DNA from: Acidothermus cellulolyticus 11B
Lineage (GTDB): Bacteria > Actinomycetota > Actinomycetes > Acidothermales > Acidothermaceae
NCBI RefSeq assembly: GCF_000015025.1
Contig: NC_008578.1
Coordinates: 990,001 to 1,022,000, forward strand
Reading direction: 5' to 3'
DNA: 32,000 nucleotides
Shown piece after piece: positions 25,623 to 32,000 of this stretch. A program made the position numbers and the translations under genes. The notes beneath the pieces are model-generated. The model saw only the letters and a program-made list of their open reading frames with translations, ran no database searches and was not told the DNA's origin. The stretch's first letter is position 1; every line of letters starts with the position of its first letter.

Positions 25623-26951
25623 ATGCGAGCCGCGGTTGTGAGTGTCGACGAAGCGCGAGACGCTGCGCCCGAAGCCGGCGGGGCGGTCGCCGCCGAGGCC
25701 CGGCGTCCGGTCGGTCGTGTCTTCGCGAACCGCGAATATCGCGGCATCTGCCTCGCGCAGGTGACGAGCGAGTGCGGCGATCAGATTTCCGGGCTGGCCG
25801 TCGCCTACCTGGTGTACACCCGGTCCAACAGCGCCTTTCTCGCTGCGGTCTCCTACGCCGTCACGTACGTCCCGTGGGTGATCGGTAGCGTCTTGCTGGC
25901 GCCGCTCGTCGACCGCTATCCGCGGCGCAGCGTGCTGCTGTTCTGTGACCTGGCGCGTGCGGTGCTTACGCTGCTCTTGCTGGCGATGACGTTCGACTCC
26001 CGCATACCGATCGCTGTTCTGCTCGCCGTCGTCTTGCTCGCCAGTTTCTGTTCGCCGCCGTTCGTGACGGCGAGAAGTTCGACGATTCCCGATATTTTTG
26101 AGGGAAGTCCGCTGTACGTGCGTGCCGTCGCGACCGGCCGGATTTTGCAGCAAGTCGACCAGGTCTTCGGTTTTGCGCTCGGCGGGATTATCGTCGCGGC
26201 CATCACCCCACGCGGTGCGCTCGCCGTTGACGCCGCCACATTCGTCGCCTCATTTCTGCTGATCCTGACGCATGTGCGCAAACGTCCCGCACCGGCTCCG
26301 GTACGCGGGCTGGCCCTCGGTCGGCTGCTGCGGAATCTCGGCCCGGACCTGCGCCAGGTCGTCGCCGATCCGGCTCGTCGCTACCTGGTGCTCGCCTGTG
26401 CCTGCGCCTTGCTGTTTCTCATCGCCCCGGAAGGGCTTGCCGTCGCCTATGTCCGGCAGCAAGGGCATGGCGCGCTGGCCGCCGGCCTGCTGAGTGCGGC
26501 GCAACCGTGCGGCGTCGCCCTTGGGGCCTGGTGGTACGTCCGGCTGCCGCCGCACCAGCAGGGCCGCTGGCTGCTGCGGATGCCGGTCATCGGCGCGGCG
26601 CTCCTCACCCTGACCGCGTTCGCCCCGCCGGTGTGGTTGACCGCGCTCATCTGGCTGGCCTCCGGGGTGACGCAGTGTTTCGTGGTGACGAGCATTGCGG
26701 CGTACAACGTCATCACCGATTCAGCGCTCCGCGGCCGGGCCAACGGGCTGGCGAGCTCGTCGATCTGCCTGACGCAAGGCCTCGGATTCGCGGTGTGGGG
26801 TCTCGTCGGTGACGCCCAGGGAGCGGCCGCCGGCGTGGCGTGGGCCGGGGTGGCCGGCCTGCTGCTGGTGTCAGTGCTTTGGTATTTCTGGCCGGACGAT
26901 GCGTTCGGTGCGGTCTGGGAGCGGCTCGCCGTCGCGGAGCGGCGCGACTGA
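25623..26951 (+). CDS. MFS transporter
   Basis: 442 aa with about 12 predicted hydrophobic spans and a PLVDRYPRR loop between TM2 and TM3 that resembles the MFS signature. Its 3' end overlaps the convergent gene by 81 nt. Confidence 0.7.
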   Translation: MRAAVVSVDEARDAAPEAGGAVAAEARRPVGRVFANREYRGICLAQVTSECGDQISGLAVAYLVYTRSNSAFLAAVSYAVTYVPWVIGSVLLAPLVDRYPRRSVLLFCDLARAVLTLLLLAMTFDSRIPIAVLLAVVLLASFCSPPFVTARSSTIPDIFEGSPLYVRAVATGRILQQVDQVFGFALGGIIVAAITPRGALAVDAATFVASFLLILTHVRKRPAPAPVRGLALGRLLRNLGPDLRQVVADPARRYLVLACACALLFLIAPEGLAVAYVRQQGHGALAAGLLSAAQPCGVALGAWWYVRLPPHQQGRWLLRMPVIGAALLTLTAFAPPVWLTALIWLASGVTQCFVVTSIAAYNVITDSALRGRANGLASSSICLTQGLGFAVWGLVGDAQGAAAGVAWAGVAGLLLVSVLWYFWPDDAFGAVWERLAVAERRD

Positions 26952-27815
26952 GGCGGACGCCGCGACCAGCGGGACGGTGCGACCGGATTCCCCGGTCACG
27001 TCGATGAGCCGTTCGTAGGCGGGCCGGCCGGAGAGCGCCCGCTGGACGGCGAAACCGATCGCCAGCACGACGACTCCGCCGACGGCGTCCAGGATGAAGT
27101 GATTGGCGGTGCCGATGATGACGAAGAGGGTGGCGAGCGGATAAGCAGCCCCAAGCGCCTTGACCCACCAGCGACGGGTCAGGCCGATGAGTGTCAGGCC
27201 TACCCACAACGACCATGCGATGTGCAGGCTCGGCATTGCGGCGAACTGGTTGGAAATCTTTGCAACACCGCCCGAATCGTACGACCCCCAGGTGTGAAAA
27301 ACCGCGAGCGTGTCAACAAAGCGCTCCGAGGGCATCAACCGCGGGGGCGCAAGTGGGTAGAGCCAGAACACCGCGGCGGCAAGGGCATTTGCGGCGTACA
27401 GTACGGTGCGCGCAGCACGGTAATGCAGCGGGCGGCGGACATACAACCAGATCAGAACCCCGATGACGGCGATGAAATGCATGGTCGCGTAGTAGTAGTT
27501 GCAGATTTCCGCGAGCCAATGCCAGGAGTGGATGCGCGTAGCGGCGACGAAGTGGTTGACCGTCTGCTCGACGTCGATGTGCAGCGCCCGCTCTGCACCG
27601 AGGATGGTGCGCGCGTGCTGGAGCGCGGGGGTGATGTGGTTGGGTACGGCGTCGCGAATGAGCGAATAGACGACATAGCTCGCGACAACGAAGGCAAGCT
27701 CCTGCCACAACCGGGGACGTCGGCGGGTTCGCAGCCGGTTGCGTACGCCGGCCGGGATTTGTCGGACCCCGATCCATAGGGCGATGAGCCGGCCACGGAG
27801 GCTCGGTTGGGGCAT
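26871..27815 (-). CDS. PAP2-superfamily membrane protein of the PAP2_C / sphingomyelin-synthase-AUR1-like type
   Basis: Multi-TM ORF with FAAMPSLHIAW and GTANHFILDAVGG (the SxH and H...D catalytic motifs). I start it at ATG 27815, because the 27971 start would read through the glnA1 terminator hairpin. Confidence 0.6.
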   Translation of the reverse strand: MPQPSLRGRLIALWIGVRQIPAGVRNRLRTRRRPRLWQELAFVVASYVVYSLIRDAVPNHITPALQHARTILGAERALHIDVEQTVNHFVAATRIHSWHWLAEICNYYYATMHFIAVIGVLIWLYVRRPLHYRAARTVLYAANALAAAVFWLYPLAPPRLMPSERFVDTLAVFHTWGSYDSGGVAKISNQFAAMPSLHIAWSLWVGLTLIGLTRRWWVKALGAAYPLATLFVIIGTANHFILDAVGGVVVLAIGFAVQRALSGRPAYERLIDVTGESGRTVPLVAASASVAPLRDGEPLPDRTERIVRPEIPKH

Positions 27816-27893
27816 GGTGATCGAGGAGAGGTCGGCGGGCGTCTCCCGAACGTGCTCCACGGTCTGCAATCTTGTCAGATGGGCGTCAAAGAC

Positions 27894-27923
27894 GGGAAGG
27901 GACGGTCCCGACCGTCCCTTCCC
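27894..27923 (-). terminator. Probable glnA1 intrinsic terminator
   Basis: 30-nt inverted repeat, GGGAAGGGACGGTC-CC-GACCGTCCCTTCCC. On the minus strand it is followed by GTCTTTG. It lies about 125 nt downstream of the glnA1 stop. Confidence 0.5.
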
Positions 27924-28046
27924 GTCACCGTTCGGATAGTCGCGATCACCGGCTCGGATCGTCGCGATCACGGGCGGCTTCCCCCGGCGACGATCGGAGG
28001 CGGGTCGTCGTCCGCGCTCTCCCGGCCACCGGGGCGTGCCGGCGGC

Positions 28047-29471
28047 TCACACGTCGAAGTAGAGCTCGAATTCGTGTGGATGCGGCCGCAGGCGGATCGA
28101 GTCGACTTCCTTGGTTCGCTTGTACTCCAGCCAGGTCGCGATGAGGTCCGGGGTGAAGACGCCGCCCTCGAGGAGATAGTCGTGGTCGGCTTCCAGAGCG
28201 GCAAGGACCTCAGGCAGCGACCCGGGGACCTGCGGGACAGCGGCGTGCTCCTCGGGCGGCAGCTCGTAGAGGTCCTTGTCGATCGGCTCCGGCGGCTCAA
28301 TCTTGTTCTTGATGCCGTCGAGACCGGCCATCAACATTGCGGCGAACGCCAAGTACGGATTGCACGACGGGTCCGGCACGCGGAATTCCAGCCGCTTGGC
28401 CTTCGGATTCGTCCCGGTGATGGGGATGCGGATGCATGCCGAGCGGTTGCGCTGGCTGTACACGAGGTTGACCGGCGCTTCGAAGCCCGGGACCAGGCGG
28501 TGGTAGCTGTTCACCGTTGGGTTGGTGAAAGCCAGCAGGGACGGCGCGTGCCGGAGCAGGCCGCCGATGTAGTAGCGGGCGGTGTCCGAAAGGCCGGCGT
28601 ATCCCAGTTCGTCATAGAAGAGCGGTGACCCGTCCTTCCACAGCGATTGGTGGGTGTGCATGCCGGATCCGTTGTCGCCGAAAATCGGCTTCGGCATGAA
28701 GGTGACGGTCTTGCCGGCGCGCCAGGCGACGTTCTTCACGATGTACTTGAAAAGCTGCATGTCGTCTGCGGCCCGGAGCAGCGTGTTGAACTTGTAGTTG
28801 ATTTCCGCCTGACCAGCCGTGCCGACTTCGTGGTGCTGCTTTTCGACGAGGATTCCGGCCCGGATGAGTTCCCGCGCCATTTCGGCTCGCAGGTCGGCGA
28901 AGTGGTCGGTCGGCGGAACCGGGAAGTAGCCGCCCTTGTACCGCACCTTGTATCCGCGGTTGCCGTTGTCCTCAATGCGACCGGTGTTCCACGCGCCCGC
29001 GACCGAGTCGATGTGGTAGTAACTCTGGTGCGCTGAGGTTTCGAAGCGCACCTCGTCAAAGATGTAAAACTCCGCTTCAGGGCCGAAGTACGCGGTGTCC
29101 GCGATACCCGTGCTGACCAGGTACGCCTCCGCTTTCCGGGCGACATTGCGCGGGTCCCGGCTGTAGGCCTCGCCCGTCAGGGGATCGTGGATGAAGAAAT
29201 TCATCGCCAGCGTTTTTTCGGTGCGGAACGGGTCGATGAACGCGGTCGTCGGATCCGGCAGCAGCTGCATGTCGGATTCGTGAATGGCTTGAAAGCCGCG
29301 AATCGACGAGCCGTCGAAGGCAAGGCCGTCGGTGAACACACTCTCATCGAATGACTCAGCCGGTACGGTGAAATGTTGCATGATGCCCGGTAAGTCACAG
29401 AACCGGACGTCCACCGATTTCACGTCATTGTCACGGATGAACGCCAGGACTTCGTCGGCGTTACGGAACAT
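28047..29471 (-). CDS. glnA1: Glutamine synthetase type I (GlnA1, adenylylatable)
   Basis: Collinear with mycobacterial GlnA1 across its length ([70 protein letters not shown] carrying the adenylylation Tyr, and ...YFDV at the C-terminus). GAGGAGG lies 6 nt before ATG 29471. Confidence 0.95.
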   Translation of the reverse strand: MFRNADEVLAFIRDNDVKSVDVRFCDLPGIMQHFTVPAESFDESVFTDGLAFDGSSIRGFQAIHESDMQLLPDPTTAFIDPFRTEKTLAMNFFIHDPLTGEAYSRDPRNVARKAEAYLVSTGIADTAYFGPEAEFYIFDEVRFETSAHQSYYHIDSVAGAWNTGRIEDNGNRGYKVRYKGGYFPVPPTDHFADLRAEMARELIRAGILVEKQHHEVGTAGQAEINYKFNTLLRAADDMQLFKYIVKNVAWRAGKTVTFMPKPIFGDNGSGMHTHQSLWKDGSPLFYDELGYAGLSDTARYYIGGLLRHAPSLLAFTNPTVNSYHRLVPGFEAPVNLVYSQRNRSACIRIPITGTNPKAKRLEFRVPDPSCNPYLAFAAMLMAGLDGIKNKIEPPEPIDKDLYELPPEEHAAVPQVPGSLPEVLAALEADHDYLLEGGVFTPDLIATWLEYKRTKEVDSIRLRPHPHEFELYFDV

Positions 29472-29529
29472 GCACATCCTCCTCAAATGCGGTTGCGGGC
29501 GCGGATCGGCTCGACCCTAGCGGACGGCG

Positions 29530-29567
29530 GTTTCTCGGCCGTGTCCCGCGTGTTTCGCGGAGGTTAC
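29530..29567 (-). promoter_or_regulatory. GlnR box (a-b-a-b sites) in the glnA1 promoter
   Basis: On the minus strand it reads GTAAC-n6-GAAAC-n6-GACAC-n6-GAAAC, against the published actinobacterial consensus gTnAc-n6-GaAAc-n6-GtnAC-n6-GAAAc. A TAGGGT -10-like hexamer (29514-29519) follows 10 nt downstream. Confidence 0.55.
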
Positions 29568-29604
29568 GTGCCGGGCCGGAGTCGGCGTCCCCGAGAAAGC
29601 TATC

Positions 29605-30087
29605 GTGGCCAGCATGCGACGGGCAACGCAAGGCTCCTGGCTTGACGGTCCGCGCGTCGACGCGGCGGAACGCCGCGACGGATCATCCGGGTACCCCGGC
29701 GAACGCCTGGGCCTGCCGCCGGCAGGGCCCATGTCGGTGCCTGGTCTCGGCCGCCGGATCGTCGCACTCCTGATCGATTGGCTGGCCTGTCTGCTGGTCG
29801 TCGCGCTCTTCACCGGGCATCGGCTGCTCGCCCCTGGCGACCGCCCGATCCTCACCCTCGCCGTCTTTGCCCTCGAGTACGTCCTCCTCCTCACCGCCCT
29901 CGGCACCACCTTCGGCATGCGGCTGATGGGCATCGGGGTACGGCGGCTCGACGGCTCGCGGCTGCCGTTCCGGTGGGTGCTGGTCCGTACGGTCTTGCTG
30001 CTCTGCGTCGTCCCGGCCGCGATCTACGACACCGATTACCGGGGGCTGCACGACCGTGCCGCCGGGTGCGTTGTCGTCCGGCTCTGA
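29605..30087 (+). CDS. RDD-family membrane protein
   Basis: 160 aa. GLGRRIVALLIDWL is followed by hydrophobic spans and a terminal GLHDR..G..VV, which is typical RDD-domain organisation. It occupies the Rv2219A-like position next to glnA1. Confidence 0.7.
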   Translation: MASMRRATQGSWLDGPRVDAAERRDGSSGYPGERLGLPPAGPMSVPGLGRRIVALLIDWLACLLVVALFTGHRLLAPGDRPILTLAVFALEYVLLLTALGTTFGMRLMGIGVRRLDGSRLPFRWVLVRTVLLLCVVPAAIYDTDYRGLHDRAAGCVVVRL

Positions 30088-30140
30088 CCGGTGCGCGACG
30101 ATCACGCTCGGGCTGGGGAATCCGGCGGGCGCCGGATGAT

Positions 30141-30863
30141 TCAGCGCGGCAGTTTGAACCCTTGCGGCAGCCGGGCGCCCTTCGGCAGCGGCCCCTTCGG
30201 CATCATGTTCGCCAGCGTGCCGAGGGCCCGCAGCCGCGCTTCGATCTGATCGACCGTGCGGCCCTTGAACCGGCGGGGGAGCCGGTTGAGCCGGGCCTGG
30301 AGTTTGCGCAACGGCACCTGTTTCGGTCCATTGCCAATGAGGATCACTTCGACCGGTGTGCCGGACGCCACCCGCTGAATCCGCTTCTGCTGGTCGGCGA
30401 TGAGCGGCGCGAGCCGGTCCGGGTCACCTTCGCCGATGAGGATGACGCCGGGCTTGCCGACGACCCGGTGGACGACGTCCATCGCACGGGTTCCTGCAAC
30501 GGTCGGGGTGACCCGCCAATCGCCCCGCATCGTCGAGATCACTGCCGGCGCAGCTCCCGGCTGGCCCTCGATCTGGGCGTAGAACGCAGCCTGTGCGCGG
30601 CGGCCGAAGACGATGAATGCCGTCAGCACGCCGCCCAGCACTCCGAAGATCGAGAAAACGATGAGGTCGCCGAGGGCGAAACCCACCCCCACAAAGACCA
30701 CCAACGCGACGAGACCACCGATGACCATCGCCGGGATGAGCCGGGGGTCGTGCTCCCGGGTGATCCGGAAAGCCACCCGAAGCTGCTGACCGCGCTTCGT
30801 CTGGGTGTCGCCCTTGTCGGCGGCAGCCCGGTTCGGCCGGGTGGGAGGAGTGCTGCGGGCCAT
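30141..30863 (-). CDS. DUF4191 membrane protein (Rv2219-like)
   Basis: 240 aa. It has a basic N-terminus, two TM segments, then FGRRAQ...G.PGAA...WRVTP.VA......VHRV.G.PGVI..GEG and a C-terminal MPKGPLP. This aligns well with my memory of Rv2219. Confidence 0.85.
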   Translation of the reverse strand: MARSTPPTRPNRAAADKGDTQTKRGQQLRVAFRITREHDPRLIPAMVIGGLVALVVFVGVGFALGDLIVFSIFGVLGGVLTAFIVFGRRAQAAFYAQIEGQPGAAPAVISTMRGDWRVTPTVAGTRAMDVVHRVVGKPGVILIGEGDPDRLAPLIADQQKRIQRVASGTPVEVILIGNGPKQVPLRKLQARLNRLPRRFKGRTVDQIEARLRALGTLANMMPKGPLPKGARLPQGFKLPR

Positions 30864-30869
30864 GGTCCC

Positions 30870-30910
30870 TCGGTCTGCTCAATCGGTACTGCTCAGTCGG
30901 TGCTGCTCAG
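30870..30910 (-). repeat. Three tandem 13/14-nt units (plus strand TCGGT[-/A/G]CTGCTCA[A/G])
   Basis: The units are at 30870-30882, 30883-30896 and 30897-30910. They lie between the lipA stop (30954) and the DUF4191 start (30863). On the transcribed strand each unit carries TGAGCAG. Confidence 0.85.
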
Positions 30911-30953
30911 TGCACGGTCGATGGATGCGCCGTTCAGAATAGGCGGTTTCGGA

Positions 30954-31925
30954 TTACGGCGTCTGCGGTGCCTGGGTGGTGGCGCCGTCGGTGCGGCGAT
31001 CCGTCCGGCTGGCGATGGCCGCCCGGTACAGCCGGCCGGCTCGGTAGGAGGAGCGGACCAGCGGCCCAGACATGACGCCCGCGAAGCCGAGTTCGCGGGC
31101 CTCCGCAGCCAATTCCTCGAACTCGGCCGGCTCGACCCACCGCACGACCGGATGGTGGCGGATCGACGGGCGCAGATACTGCGTGATCGTCACCAGGTCG
31201 CAACCCGCGGACCGGAGGTCGGCCAGAGCCGCACGGATCTCCTGCCGGGTCTCGCCCAGCCCGAGGATGAGGTTGGACTTGGTGACAAGGCCGGCGTCGT
31301 GCGCCGCGCGGAGCACGTCGAGGGAGCGCTCATATCGGAAGCCCGGTCGAATCGACTTGAAGATTCGCGGCACCGTTTCGATGTTGTGGGCGAAGACCTC
31401 CGGCCGTGCGCTGAAGACTTCGTCGAGGAGCTCAGGTCTGCCGTGGAAATCCGGGGTGAGGAGTTCGACACCGCATCCGGGCACCGCGTGGTGAATTTCC
31501 CGGACGGTCTGCGCATAAAGCCACGCGCCCTCGTCGTCCAGATCGTCACGGGTGACCCCGGTCACTGTGGCGTACCGCAGTCCCATGCGGGCCACCGACT
31601 CCGCGACGCGGCGCGGTTCGTCGCGGTCCAGCGGTTGGGGACGGCCGCTGGAGATTTGGCAGAACGAGCAATTGCGCGAACACGTGTCACCCCCGATGAG
31701 GAACGTGGCCTCCCGGTCCTCCCAGCATTCGAAGATGTTCGGGCACCCTGCTTCTTCGCAGACGGTGTGGAGTCCTTCCCGGCGGACAAGCTCCTTCAAC
31801 GCGTGATACTGCGGTCCCATCCGCGCTCTCGTCCGAATCCACGCCGGTTTGCGTTCGATCGGCACCTGCGCATTCCGCGCCTCGATGCGAAGGAGCTTCC
31901 GCCCGTCCGGGGTTACGGCTGTCAC
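30954..31925 (-). CDS. lipA: Lipoyl synthase
   Basis: It has the radical-SAM and auxiliary clusters ([12 protein letters not shown], and [10 protein letters not shown] as the CxxxCxxC motif). The sequence [23 protein letters not shown] ... [15 protein letters not shown] is near-identical to mycobacterial LipA. GAGGAGG lies 4 nt before GTG 31925. Confidence 0.95.
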   Translation of the reverse strand: MTAVTPDGRKLLRIEARNAQVPIERKPAWIRTRARMGPQYHALKELVRREGLHTVCEEAGCPNIFECWEDREATFLIGGDTCSRNCSFCQISSGRPQPLDRDEPRRVAESVARMGLRYATVTGVTRDDLDDEGAWLYAQTVREIHHAVPGCGVELLTPDFHGRPELLDEVFSARPEVFAHNIETVPRIFKSIRPGFRYERSLDVLRAAHDAGLVTKSNLILGLGETRQEIRAALADLRSAGCDLVTITQYLRPSIRHHPVVRWVEPAEFEELAAEARELGFAGVMSGPLVRSSYRAGRLYRAAIASRTDRRTDGATTQAPQTP

Positions 31926-32000
31926 ACGAACCTCCTCGTCGGTGACCAGCCTACCGGCGTGACTGTGGGCGCACGACGCGGGCGACAGAGCACCGGCGCA

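Noticed and set aside
27816-27971. 52-codon upstream extension of the PAP2 ORF
   Set aside because: It reads straight through the 30-nt inverted repeat that I interpret as the glnA1 terminator. The hydrophobic protein core starts only after Met 27815. The RBS at 27815 is weak, so this call is not certain.
27936-27975. Direct repeat of GTCGCGATCAC (two copies about 20 nt apart) in the glnA1 3' UTR
   Set aside because: It is only 11 nt long, present in two copies, and has no associated structure or coding signal. It is compatible with chance in GC-rich sequence.
31926-32000. Possible upstream gene end (lipB-like) or lipA N-terminal extension at the window edge
   Set aside because: The frame stays open to the window edge but contains no ATG or GTG before 31925. 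GAGGAGG-N4-GTG at 31925 and alignment with known LipA N-termini support the shorter start. Too little sequence remains to call anything upstream.

Overview
This is a high-GC actinobacterial chromosomal segment that reads as conserved core genome, not an accessory island. From memory, the gene order matches the Mycobacterium tuberculosis Rv2218-Rv2230c neighbourhood. On the + strand there is a translationally coupled SRPBCC / Nif3 / zinc-ribbon (COG1579) / RNase H-phosphatase operon. An ArsB/NhaD-type permease lies on the - strand. Back on the + strand come a dimethylformamidase-beta-like protein, a mannitol-dehydrogenase-family enzyme, RNase P RNA (rnpB), a five-gene Liv-type (HAAT) ABC transporter, a siderophore-interacting flavoprotein and a PEBP/YbhB protein. 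These are followed by a polycationic low-complexity protein (-), DedA (+), a hypothetical protein (-), panB (-) and nadE (-). The nitrogen block follows: glnA2-glnE (+), then an MFS transporter (+) and a PAP2-type membrane protein (-), then glnA1 (-). The window ends with an RDD protein (+), a DUF4191 protein (-) and lipA (-). I found no defence, mobile-element, CRISPR or toxin-antitoxin signature, and I cannot honestly point to a convincing new multi-gene system. Four observations deserve a second look. (1) Three short tandem-repeat arrays sit exactly at junctions between co-directional genes. They carry stop codons and share a TGA(G)CAGA core, which is MIRU-like behaviour. (2) A 214-aa protein is built only from A/T/R/K/S/G/P/V/Q, in a ~700-bp stretch where five of six frames are open and the correct frame is arguable. 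(3) A near-consensus four-site GlnR box lies over the glnA1 promoter. (4) Several smaller direct repeats and palindromes sit in promoter regions. Most long antisense ORFs in the supplied track are GC-driven shadow ORFs.
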